Positions 22,291-34,582 of a stretch of 64,000 nt of DNA are shown one piece after another. Position numbers and translations under genes: made by a program. This DNA is from Malacoraja senta (taxonomy: Eukaryota). Where the stretch lies: contig CM075988.1 of NCBI GenBank assembly GCA_038087875.1, positions 20,212,001-20,276,000 of the forward strand. Reading direction: 5' to 3'. Below the pieces are notes generated by a model. That model was not told the DNA's origin. It did not search any database and worked only from the letters and a program-made list of their open reading frames with translations. Within the stretch, counting starts at the first letter, position 1. Each line of letters opens with the position of its first letter.

Positions 22291-23719
22291 TACGTATTCT
22301 ATATCAGATTTCACTGTTAACCCCCGTGTTCATAGCTTGAGCACTGAAGTGTTTGTGGATAAAGAATTTGTGTGCTGCAAGAAGATCTGTTTTCAGATTT
22401 GAAGGAGCCTTATCAATAACTGACATGGGGAAATGTGCAACACACATCCATCTGAACAGAATATACCTTAAGGAAGCATAGGATCAGGGAACAATATCAT
22501 GGGAAATGGAGCTCATTAGGGTTGAGGGGGAAACATAACTTGAATAAGGTAGCAGCAGCACCCACTCAACATGACTAGAATCCATTCTGTTCCCAGAACA
22601 AAGTAAGTTCTTCCTTTACATTTTTAGTGAAGACCAGAAAGTGTCAAAAGTGCCCTCTTCATTTGCACCAATAACGCTAACATGCCCTAATGTTGCATTG
22701 TTGCTTGTCTTAAGTAATAACATAGCAACAGTAGTAACTGGCAGTAATCATGTTATTCCTCATGGGTGTTACAGCCCAGAATTCCAGAAGAAAAAGGCAA
22801 AGGTGAAAGAGACAGATTGTTGCTGCCTGTGTAAATACAGCCTTGGTTTGTGATAAACTGCAGTAATTTGAAGTTTTTGCAGGAGAAAAAAAATCAGAAA
22901 ATTGAAGAACACAATAAATTATGTATGTAGTATAAATAAACTACAGATATTGGCTTAAAGGAGCTGTAAATGTTCATCTGATAGAACTGACGGATTCAGT
23001 GAAAATTATGGTTTATCTTCCTATTTTTCTTGAGAAAGGGAAATACAGGAGAAGCTCATTGCTACCCAAAACTGACCCTACTAATCCTTTGGGGCCAATT
23101 CCTAAATCATCTTCTATTGAAAATGTGAGATATCCCAAGTTTCTTGACATTTTGCAGGGATATTGTTGGAGTACCTATTCCATTGGGTTTTGTTATGAGT
23201 GTATAATTTTTTTTAACAATGCCAGTAAAGCACTTACAAATATTTTTCCTGGCACACTCGCAGACCTTAATCAGACCTACTTTAGTACTGAGAAATGTTC
23301 AAGTGTAGTGTAGGATGAGTTTGTGCATAATGTCTCATCTTCATATGTTGTGCTGATAATCTTGTTCTAATGAATGAGCAAATCATTCAGCAATGCCTGG
23401 ACTGGTCTTCTTGACTTGTCTGAGCTGTTTTGTGATACATGGTTGATAATTGTATTGAGACTTAAACCGAAATGTAAAGAGGGTTATGAGAATTTTGATT
23501 ATTGGAGACTCTTTACTGGATGTCCTTGGGCAAGAGTCAGGGACCTCCCCAATCACTGCAAGTGATATTAAGACCAATGCATTCTATTTCTCATGATTCA
23601 CATTGCAATTTGAAATTAAATCCAGCTGAACTAGATCCAGTGACAAGGTGGTGTTTTGTGCAATAATGATTGAATAAATTCTATAGACAGAAAGTTTCAA
23701 TTCAAATTCAAAGTTGTGG

Positions 23720-23890
23720 AAGACCTTAGCAGGTCAGGAATCTCTGGAGGAAATGAACAGAAGACGTTTTGGGTTGAGACCCTTCTTCAGTGTGCCTATC
23801 CATTCCACAGATGCTGCCTGACCCACTGAGTTTCTCCAGTACCTTTTTTTTTGTCCAAGATTCTGGCATCTGCAGTTTCTTGTGTTTCCT
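23720..23890. mobile_element. Penelope-derived fold-back cassette
   Basis: A - strand cassette with a degenerate motif at 23763-23790, followed by a + strand gatgctgcctgacccactgag arm. Confidence 0.65.
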
Positions 23891-24419
23891 ATTCAAATTG
23901 TTCTCTATTCACCAGTAGTACTATTTCCCAAAGTGCTATTAAATACAAAGTGGAATGTATGTCAAGTACAATTTTGCACTAAGAATGTGGTGAAGAGGAG
24001 TGAACCATTGCACAGTTGGAATACCGATATTGCTGAATTTACTTCATCTTTGTCAGCTTTGTGTACTATTTGAACATCAGTATAATCTTCACAATAACAA
24101 GTTTGAAGCAAGCTAAATCTTGTCACATTTATAAACAATGTATCCTGGTAATCAACTGCAGAAAAAATGTTACTGAACAAGAGCAGTTACTAGAATCATT
24201 AATCCTTATACATGGAAATGATAACAGGTTGTGACTACAAGCAAGAATCAACTGTTGGCAAAAACATGCCAATCTCTACATGTAATAATCTCTGTATGCA
24301 GTGAGCAAGCTAAAACATGCAAATGTAGACAGTTCCAGGCAACTAAGGCTAGAATTACCCCTCGAGGAGACTGCTTTCAGAGGCCTGTAACAACTATAAA
24401 TGCTCTCTCATGATGTCAC

Positions 24420-25485
24420 TACGCAGATTGAAAAATTAAGCTTGCATCAAACCAAAGATCTGGTCAGTGACTCCAGGAAGTGGAGTGAAATACATATCTC
24501 AGTCTGTACCATTGGTACTAAAATGGAAATAATGTAAATATCACCAACAATTTGTCCTGATCCAACCATATTTATGCTACGGCTAAAAAAGCTCATCAAC
24601 ACCTTTGAAGACAATGGAAAATCAGCACTAGTATTATAACCAGTTTAGTTTAGAGATACAGCATGGAAACAGGCCCTTCAGCCCACTGAATCCACCCTGA
24701 CCAACGAACACTAGTTCTATCCTATTTACAAGGAACAATTTACAAAAGCCAATTAACCTACAAACCCGTCTTTGGAATGTGGGAGGAAACCGGAGCACCT
24801 GGTGAAAACCCAAGTGGTCACATGGAGATCATACAAACTCCGTACAGACCATACCCGTAGTCAGGTTCGAACCCGGGTCTCTGGCGATGTAAGGCAGCAA
24901 TTCTGCCACTGCACTACTGTAACGCCATAAGATGCTTGATAGAAAGCATAACATTTGGATCAGTTACAGCTTGGTATAGCAACTAGTCTTCCCAAGACTG
25001 CAAGAATTTGCAGCAGAGAGTCGTGAACACAGCCCAGTCCATCCGCAAACAAGCCTTCCTCCCCCCCCCCCCCCACTCTGCCCCAACCATCGACTCCATC
25101 TACACTTCATTCAGGCTTGGGGAAAGCAGCAGCCAACATAATCAAGGACCATTCACACCCTGGTATTTATCTCTTCTCTACTCTGCTGTTGGGCAGATAA
25201 TACAAAAACTTGAAAGCATATACTACCAGCATTTACGAACGCTGTATTCAGACTATTGAATGATCTATGCCAAGGATAAATTCCCGATTTTGCAATCTAC
25301 CTCATCGTGGCCCTTTATAAATCTGCATATTCTCTGTAGCTGTAACACTATATTCTGCACTCTGTTAATTTTCCCTGTTGCACTACCTGATCTGCTCAAG
25401 TAATGTATAATTTGCCTAGACAGCACATAGCATTGAGTTTCTTACTGTATTTTGGTGCAAGTGACAATAATAAACCAATACCAAT
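24420..25485 (+). mobile_element. Rex1/Babar 3' fragment carrying a nested V-SINE
   Basis: LQQRVVNTAQSI and TIDSIYT, with a tail ending gtgacaataataaacc. Confidence 0.7.
24643..24927 (-). mobile_element. V-SINE (HE1-like), near full length
   Basis: tRNA-like head with B box (reverse complement of ttcgaacccggg), V domain (gtacggagtttgtatg) and (CTAAA)n tail. Confidence 0.75.
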
Positions 25486-25784
25486 ACAGGACACTGTATG
25501 TATCTATCGACCGAAGCACAATATTTGCAGCATAATATCTTAAACTACAATTCTTCTATTGAGGTGTGTACATCCAGAGTTCAATGCTTATGTGGGTATA
25601 GTGTTAGCGATGAACAGAACATTTATCTCCCATTGCCTACATTGACTTTTAGAATACTTTGGGGTACTCATTCATTCTTCTTCATAAATCAAAATGCATG
25701 AAAATGCCCAACTACTGTTGCTCTGTGACCCATGTGGAGATGATATTCCTCAATAATCTAAGAGCATTCATCCTTTTCTTGGCA

Positions 25785-26100
25785 TGAATAAGGCAGACAG
25801 TCAGAACATTTTTCTGAGGGTGGAAATCTCCAACACTAGAGGGCATAGCTATAAGGTGAGGGGAAAGTTTAATGAATATGTGTGGGGCAAGTTTTTTTAC
25901 ATAGAAAGTGGTGGGGAACCGTAATGCATTGCCAGGGATGGTCGTGGAGGCAGATAAAATAGTGATGTGTAAGAGGCTTTTGGATAGGAACATGGAAGTG
26001 CAGGAAATAGAGGGATATGGATCATCTTCAGGCAGATGAGATCAGTCTTCATGTTCAACACAAACATTGTAGTCAAAGAGCCCATTCCTGTACAGTTCTA
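25785..26100 (+). mobile_element. CR1 3' fragment
   Basis: gacagtcagaac...aacactagagggcatagctataagg, shared with 48340-48400. Confidence 0.7.
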
Positions 26101-27569
26101 TGTTTCCTTGCTTCAGTTTTGTACTATTATGGTAACCTAATATTACGGTGACTGTTTTATTGTATTCTTAGCTAGTATGTGTTTATCTGTGTGTTTCATC
26201 AAAAAGCAGGCAGCAGCTGTTAAACAGCAGCAAATCATTGTTCCTTTGCCGATACATATGAGAGTTAAACACTCTTGACTCATTACTCTTGCTACTTCCT
26301 TTCAGTTTAGACACAAGATTGTGGTTTTGCCCATTAGACCATGTCTTGGTCTTAGACTCTTCTTGACCAAAACATTTTGAAGATCTTTAGCTTGTGAACT
26401 AATTTCCAGCACTATGAGCCATGTAAAATATGCTGAGCATATTATGTTGAACTTCCTTCGCCTTATTTTCTACACACTTGTGGCTTGTACATACCTTTTC
26501 TTCATTGTCTTGAGAGTTCCCAGCCAGAACCAAATACTGTGTTATTACCCTGTTTGTATAACAAAAGTAAAGAAAAATGCAAATGCTGGAAGTCTGGAAT
26601 ATAAACAGAAAACGTTGAAAACACCCAGTAGGTTTGGTTGTAAAAAAGAAGGGAAAGCAGTTCATAACTAACTTGATTTTTCCCTCTCACAGTTCTGACA
26701 CAGGGAGTTTAACATGAAATGTCAACTTTGCTTTGCTTTCCATAGATGCTGTCTGACCTATTGTGTGCTTCCAGCATTTTCTGGGGGTTTTTTGTATGGT
26801 AATATATCCTGCAGCAATTAAATCAGCATTTCACACCTTGCCCTCTTGGGCATTGACTGTTCTAATTAAAGAGTGTTTTATTAGTATACAATCAAATGCT
26901 ATTAAATTGATTTCTTTTGGCAAGGAAGGCAAGTTGGCAGAGAGGACCTTATTAATTCTTTGATGTAATTAAATGCACTGCGTGGTGTGATGGTGTGACG
27001 TACATTTAGATTTGAAGGTTACTTTATTGATTGCTGTCTTCTGCTGAGTTTGTAAGTCCAGGTTGTGATGGCAACGGGAATACAATAAGCAGTCTCAGCA
27101 TTTTTGGCTGGAGAAGTGGGGGGAAAAGCACGGTTCCCATACTTTATGCTTACTCACGGTGGCCTGTGTGTGAGTTGTGAATAGTGGTGATATCAAATCT
27201 GATTGAGGTGAGCTTACAATTGATTAGCCCATCACAATTGATATACAGGCCATGCATGCATCCCATTCCAGGATACTCCAGCAGATACTCCAGGAGTGAA
27301 AGGATAATCAAATGAAAGTGATAAGGACCCATGGTCACACGAGAGCCTGTTTGGAAAGGCAATGTAGCAGTGAGTGTGAAAGAACAGCACAGCAAACTTT
27401 CCACCCAAAGATAGGTGTTTTGAGTTTCTTTTGTGGACAGTCCTTGACAAGTTGTGCAGTGTTTCTTGCAGATGGCTCTTGTCTGACATCAAGAGGAGAG
27501 GCTGGACAGGCTAGGATAGTTTTCTTGGCAGAAGGACGAGGGGCAACGTGATTGAGGTAAACAAAATGG

Positions 27570-28270
27570 AGATAAAGGAACTACAGATGCTGGAACCTTG
27601 AGAAAAACACAAAATCTGGCATATCTGTGGAGGGAATAGATAGGCAATGTTTTGGGTCGGGACCCTTCTTCAGACCTTTGAGTTTTGCTTGAGGTATACA
27701 AAATGTTGATGAACATAGACAAGATAATGAATAACTCTTCCCTTTAGTAGGAATGCCCGTGACCACTGGACATAGATTTCAAGTAAGGGATGGAAATTTA
27801 GAGAGGACATGAGGAAGAATTATTTTAACCAGAGGGCGTTGAAATTTAGAATGCAAGGGAGGGTGGAGCAAAAGGTGTGGGTCAATGTTTTGGGTTTAGA
27901 TCTTGCATGAGGACTGAGAATGATGAGGAAAGGCGTCTAGTATACTCAGTATGCAGCGGTTTGGGATTTGGAGGGGAGGAGGATGGCTGCTGTGGGGGGC
28001 AAGTGAAATAGAGGCGGGTAGCTGATAGATGCATTAGATATTGGGTGATGATGGGCAAATGGAACCAGGTGGATGTTGGGGATGGGAAAGACGAAGAAAG
28101 GGAGAAGGAGGTGAGGTGAACAAGAGTGTGTGTGGGGGAGGAGAATACAAGGGGTGTGGATTACTTGATGGTGGAAAATGCAATGTTCATACCATTGTGC
28201 TGTAGGTACCCAAGTGGAATGTGAGATGTCATTCTTCCAATTTGCGTTTGGGTTCTCCTTACCAATGGAA
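27570..28270 (-). mobile_element. Penelope-like fragments (hammerhead cassette and GIY-YIG C-terminus) with an intervening CR1 piece
   Basis: Degenerate motif at 27646-27673. 28160-28260 is reverse-homologous to the GIY-YIG end at 44790-44876. Confidence 0.55.
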
Positions 28271-28547
28271 TTGGTATTGGTTTATTATTGTCACATGTAC
28301 CAAGATACAGGGAAAAAAATGTGTTTGATTGCTATCCAATCAATATGTCAGATAATATGATAAATGAATGCAATCAATACATACACAAATACAACGGTTA
28401 GATTAAAGAGGAAAATGCAGAGTGCAGAATTATTTTTGAGAGTACGGATAGAAATGCTGATAGATTTCCAAATGGAATAGAGATTTTATGATTGGAGCAA
28501 TTGTACTGGATGATAGTAGATCCACTTCTGAGACCAACACGTAAAGG

Positions 28548-28845
28548 GTTTAGAATTTAGAGATACAGCGTGGGAACAGGCCCTTCAACCCAGCGGGTCC
28601 ACGACGACCAACGATCATCCATACACTATTTCTATCCTACACACCAGGGACAATTTACAGAATCCAATTACCATACAAACCCGCAATTAACCTACAGACA
28701 TCTTTGGAATTTGCGAGGTAACTGGAGCACCTGGAGTAATTCTGCATCGTCACAGGGAGAACATACAAACACCATATCAGTGGTCAGGATTGAACCTGAG
28801 TCTCTGACGTTATTAGGTAGCAACTGTGCCGCCCTAACACCACCT
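28548..28845 (-). mobile_element. V-SINE
   Basis: Homologous to 24643-24927 and 34296-34582. Confidence 0.7.
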
Positions 28846-29559
28846 TGTAGAAGGTTGTGCTATTTTGCATAGCATGTATGCTCTGTCCGCAATGGCCGTC
28901 TTCAGTTTCCAGTGGCACGTCACTCCCACACCGACCTGTCAGTCCTTAGCCTTCTCCATTGCTACTGTTGCCTTGATACAAAGGCCAATCACTGTCATCT
29001 CACTGCTGGAATTCATTTCTAAATGTGGTGTTCATTTATATCATCGTCAAATTCCCAATAAAGTCCCGTAAAACCAATATGTTTCAATTTGCAGCATTGT
29101 TAAATGTCTACTTTTAGAGTAAATCACCTGAAAATAACATGAAATGATAGGTCCCCAGGAGCTACAAGTTAAACTCCTAAACATGTGATTAACCAGGTAA
29201 AATGTTTGAAAGTAGTATGCTTTAACTCATTTTAAAACTATTCTATTTGCCTTTCAATTTCTATCCATATCTCATGTTGGACTTTTCAAATGATTAAGCA
29301 AGGTATCGTGATCCTGCCAAACTTTCAAAGTAATAAACGTGTTTTGTGTGTTCAATAAAAGTCTTGGCTGAAGAACAGTTTGTTTCTACGCAAGCAATAA
29401 ATGTGTTTGTAGAGTAAATACAGCCATTTAAGCTATTAAAGTACATTATTTTATTGGAGAGGCTTGGAATAATAGTTGATGACTTCACTGTGGAGCTGCT
29501 GTATATCTGAAATCTTAAGTATGTTTATGTTTTAGAAAGTATGCTTTGGTTTAGGAGAT

Positions 29560-30060
29560 GCCAGAGACTGCAGATGCTGGCATCTGGAGCAAAGTCAACT
29601 TTTGGAGGAACTTAGCGGGCCAAGCAGCATCTGTGGAGGGAAGTGGATGGTCAATGTTTCAGACTAAGACCCTGCATAAGGACTAACAGTATAAATGGAA
29701 AATAAGCAGTCGAGAGTTGAGAAGGAGGGGTGAGATAGGGGGTGATGGGTGATAGGTGGAAACAGTTGACATATGGGATAATGGGCCGATGGATGAGAGG
29801 AGGGAGAAGGTAGAGACAGGCTGGAAGTATATAAATGGAACCAGGTATGATAGGCAAATGGGACTAGATGAAAGAGGGGAAGAGTAGACCGTGAAAGAAA
29901 AGAAGTTAGGTGCATAGGTGGGTAAATGGGAAAGGTGAACAAAGGGAAAGAGAACCAGGTTGGAATGGAAAGGAATACAGAGGGTGTGGATTACCTAAAC
30001 ATGAAAAATGCAGTATTCTTGCTACTGGGTTGTAGGCTACCCGAGTGGAATATGAGGTGA
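29560..30060 (-). mobile_element. Penelope-like 3' fragment
   Basis: Cassette at 29570-29680, a purine-rich spacer, and the GIY-YIG C-terminus in reverse at 29990-30060. Confidence 0.6.
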
Positions 30061-30129
30061 CGGAGGCTTGATTCCTGTGATGCATTTTCAGAGCTCAAGC
30101 TTGAGGTTATTCTACAATTTAGTATGATC

Positions 30130-30570
30130 ATAGAACATAGAATAGCACAGTGGAGGATTAGGCCCCTTGGCCATGGTATCTGCCAATCTTGATGTCAAAT
30201 TAAACTAATCCTATCTGCCTGCAAATGATCCATTACCGCCATTCCCTGCACATTCACGTGCCTATCTAAAAGCCTCTTAAACCCCACTATTGTGTGGTGG
30301 ATCTGCATCCCTTCAGGTTATTTTAGACACCCACCACTCTCTGTAAAAAAAAACTTTGTTGCACATCTCCTTTAAACTTGCCCCCTCTTAAAGCTGTGTC
30401 CTCTAGAATTTGACATTCTTGCCCTCGGCAAAACCTGCTGGCTATGTACCTTATACATGCCTCTCATAATTTTATAAACTTCTATCAGGTCTCCCTTTAG
30501 TCTCCGGCGCTCCAGAGAAAACAGTCCAGGTTTGTCCAAACTCCTTATCGCTAATCCAGGCAGCATCTTG
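30130..30570 (-). mobile_element. CR1 3' fragment
   Basis: LDKPGLFSLERRRLKGDLIEVYKIMRG (30372..30599). Confidence 0.8.
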
Positions 30571-30852
30571 AGATACGAGACCGTCAGTAAGCAATACATT
30601 CTCTCTTTGGAAGTATTGCAAAATGTAAATAATGATTTTTTTTAAATAGAAAAATACATTTTAATTGGCGGACCTAATTGCACAGATGTATTATACACTG
30701 TTATTTGCTGTATTCTTTATTGGACCTTGTTTGAAAACATTTCAAGATGAGAATGAAGTTCATTATACGTGAACATTTTTAAAAGTAGGCAGTGGCTATT
30801 GAACAGGCAGAAGTAGTATGTTGCCACTGAGATGAACAAAACCAAATATATT

Positions 30853-30970
30853 TCTGAAGAAGGGTCCCGACCCAAAACGTCCTTGTTTTCCAGATATGCT
30901 GTCAGACCTGCTGAGTTCCTCCAGTATTTTGTGTCTTCCTTTGGTGAACCAGCATCTACAGTTCCTGTTA
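30853..30970 (+). mobile_element. Penelope-derived hammerhead cassette (G12 mutated)
   Basis: CTGAAGAAGGGTCCCGACCCAAAACGTC followed by the cassette tail. Confidence 0.65.
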
Positions 30971-31130
30971 TTACAATTTTTTTTCTGCTTTTGGAAATAA
31001 GTATAACATTAGCCAGCACATGGTTCTGGTGTGTAGATGCACAGTTTCTTGTACTTTAAAATCTGCTTTTCTTTGGGAATTACTGAATAATAAAAACTAC
31101 ATCATGATAAACAAATATTTCATGGAGTCA

Positions 31131-31374
31131 GACACAAAATGCTGGAGTAACTCAGCGTGACAGGCAGCATCTCTGGAGAGAAGGAATGGATGCCGTTTCG
31201 GGTCGAGACCCTTCTTCAGACTGATAGGAAGTCCTATCTTCAGTATGAAGAAGGATCTCAACCCGAAACATCACCCATCCCTTCTCTCCAGAGATGCCTG
31301 TCCCGCTGAGTTACTCCAGCATTTTGTGTCTACCTTTGATTTAAACCAGCATCTGCAGTTCTTTCTTACACATC
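31131..31374. mobile_element. Palindromic Penelope-derived double-hammerhead element
   Basis: Arms 31131-31229 and 31232-31330 are inverted repeats. The element is flanked by TCATGGAGTCA (31120-31130, 31375-31385). Confidence 0.78.
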
Positions 31375-33439
31375 TCATGGAGTCATACAGTGTGTAAACA
31401 GGCCCTTCGGGCCAACTTGCCCACACCAACCAACATGCCCCATTTACACGAGTCATACCTACCCTCTAAACCTATCCTATCCATGTACCTGTCCAAATGT
31501 CTCTTAAATGTTATAATAGTGCTTTCTCTGTTGATTATTTCTGTTCGTGGCAGTGTCAAAGAGACATATTGAAAAAGATATATTGTATGTCAAAAAAGCA
31601 TCAGAGCAAGATCATAAATATAAAGTAATAAATCAACATTGATATAAGATATTGCAATCGCTGACGATAAACTGCAATGGTGAAATCCGCTGTTTTGGTA
31701 TCAACATAAGTTACACCACATTCAGTTAAAAAACACAGATTAGACTGGCAGTAATTCCTACTTGCTCGCAAGGTGTTGCTGAGGGTATTCAGTCTGTGTG
31801 GGAGAAACGTGAGAGACATCCATGTGAAGAGGTTTAAAAAAATGGGTTGTTGCTCCTTGCTTTAGGGTTGAGATTTTAGTTAAGTGCATTCATTCTTCTT
31901 CAGTCACAGAACCTTGAGTTTGACCAGAAGAGTTCAATTCAGTACTAATGTCTTACAGCAAAATTACAGAATAACAAAAATTAACAAGTGTGCTATTACT
32001 CACAATCGTAATGTCCTCTTTGGACAATGTAACATCCAAACTAATGCATTTTTAATGAGATCATACATTGTTAGTAGGTGATCCAGGAACAAATGTGCAT
32101 GTTAGCCACACTTAACTTGCGAGGAAAATTAACTTGAACTATCCCCAAAAAAATCTCAACATTAAGTCATGCAACACAGAAATTTAAATGACTGCTAGCG
32201 TGCACATTTTTAACTTTACTCATTTGTCTTGTGCAAGGTCGGAGAGATGATTGCATTGACGATCGAGACATTTTTTATTTTGGGCAGCTGTGATAACATC
32301 AAACTTCTCTCCACATCTGTCTGAAAAAGTGTTTCTCCATCCGCCTACTTATTATCCATTTCCGTTCCAATCATCAAGTGGTAGCAGGCCAACAATATTT
32401 GTAGTCTGGTGCTTGAGTCCAATTGAGTACAAGAAATTGATTTAAACGGTCAAAGCATATTTCCGTTAGGCTTCTTACAGACAACAAGCGCAGTGGACAT
32501 TCATACCTTAATCATACCTCGACCACAGAGCACAAAAGTAAAAACCTAATGTTATACATCTGATGTATTTTAAGTTTACAACACTTGGTGGAACTTGCGA
32601 TGTTTGTTGATGGAAAATATTTGAACTGTTCACCATTAATGAAAGCAGCTGCCACAAAATTGCCTTGTAGTTTTCACAAGTTGGTGGGGATGGAACAGTG
32701 GTGGTATGAGTCACCAAGTGAGTGGTTTCTGCAAAACGCGGATAGGGGAGGAGAAAGGAAGATGTGACTGGTGGTGGGATTATGCTGCAGCTGGTGGAAA
32801 TTTCAAAAGATGATATGTTGTGTGCATAAGCTTGCTGGGTGGAAGGTGATTACCCGAGGACTCTTGTTCTGTCATGGGGGAGAGGGGTGAGAACAGACAT
32901 GGGGGAAATAGAAGAAATGTGGTTGTGATTCCTTCGACAGAGGGAATGCCATGTTTACTTAAAGGGCATCTGGCCAAGGTAAACTAGGTTCACCGAGTCA
33001 AGATCAGGTGGGTTTCCTTGCATCCAGCTCTATGTTGGTGTTCTCCCTGCCCAGTGACTACTGAATACCAGATTTTCAGTCCTTTGACTGTTGATCTGCC
33101 AGCACCCTACCTTCCTGACCTTCTAACTACCCCTGTACTGAATACCCTTGTCAATGTGCTGGTTGACCCAACCTCCGTCACATTGATGGATACCTCAAAA
33201 CCTACAATCCCCAAACCCATCTCCTCCCTCAGAACCTTCCAGTCCGATTATTCTTTATCCCTTCCAGTTCACATCCTCATGTTCACCCTTGGTTCTCAGT
33301 CAGCTTCATTGATCCCTCCCACTGCCTCCAGCACCTTTGTGACAGGTCTTTGCTTTTTCCCCATGCAGAACATCATTAACATCTGTTAAAGTTTTCCAAA
33401 AAGCCAAGTGCTTTGTGATGTTACTTACAAGTTCAGGTT

Positions 33440-33950
33440 TAAACTCAAGTTTATTGTCATGTGCACGAGTACAGTGAGGTGCAGGTACAAAGAATGTTTT
33501 TGCTTGCAGCAGCATCACAGGCACAAAAACCCCCCAAATTATACATAAATGTCAAAAAACAAAAAAGACCATTCAAAAAAATAAGACATTAGTGCAGAAA
33601 TATAATTAGAAAAAAAAGTCCATTATAGTGCAAGAGGTGAGCCATAGTGTTTCGTTGTCGAGGTAAGATTTGGGATGTGCAGGTTGGTTCAAGAATCTGA
33701 TAGTAATCAGCTGTTCCTGAATCTGATGGCGTGGGACTTCAATCTTCTGCACTTCCTGCCTGGTAGTGTGAAGAGGGCATGACCCAGATGGTGGTGATCC
33801 ATGATAGATGCCGCCTTCTTGAGGCATCGTCTCATGTAAGTGCTTTTGATAGAAAGGCTGTCTATGCCCATGATGGACTGGGCGGAGTACACCACTCTGC
33901 AGCTTCATGCGCCCTCGGTGTTGGAATTGCTGTACCAGACCGTATAGATG
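33440..33950 (-). mobile_element. Rex1/Babar 3' fragment
   Basis: SAQSIMG..RRCLKKAASI..HHLGHALF..RLKS..RFRNS (33707..33895), followed by the tail. Confidence 0.7.
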
Positions 33951-34295
33951 TCTTAGCAATGTAAGTTTTTCATTTTTTTAATAACATCACACTGAAGTTT
34001 TAGTTGGAAAAGCTATTCAGGGGAAGATCCGGTAAAGTTGATTGGGTATAGTGCAGATTAATGTTATTTATTATCATAGTTGCATGAGTGCAATAAGGCA
34101 TTACTACAGTTATCAGCATGTTGCTTTCAGTGATTCAGGCATTGTGTGGTTGTGTTTCTCTGCCACATGCACTTAATCTAATTGATGACATGTCTGAAAA
34201 CAATGCAGCAGAGAGGAAGGGAAAGGGAAAGAATGTGACCTCCATAAATTTCATACCGAATACAACTTTCAGAACAGGTGAAACCTTTGTATGAT

Positions 34296-34582
34296 TTAGT
34301 TTAGTTTAGTTTATTTTCGAGATGCAGCTTGGAAGCAGGCCCTTCGGACCAACAAGTGTGCGACGACCAGCGATCCCCGCATAGTAACACTATCCTACAC
34401 ACACTATGGACAATTTACATTTATACTAAGACAATTAACCTACAAACCTGTACATCTTTGGAGTGTGGGAGGAAACCGATGGTCTCGGAGAAAACCCACG
34501 TGGTCACACGGAGCAGGAACAAACTCCGTACAGACAGCACCCTACCGCTCTTGCGCTCTACCACTGCACCACCATGCCGCCC
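34296..34582 (-). mobile_element. V-SINE (HE1-like)
   Basis: (TTTAG)n tail, aaactccgtacagacagcacc, and head ctaccactgcaccaccatgccgccc. Confidence 0.75.
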
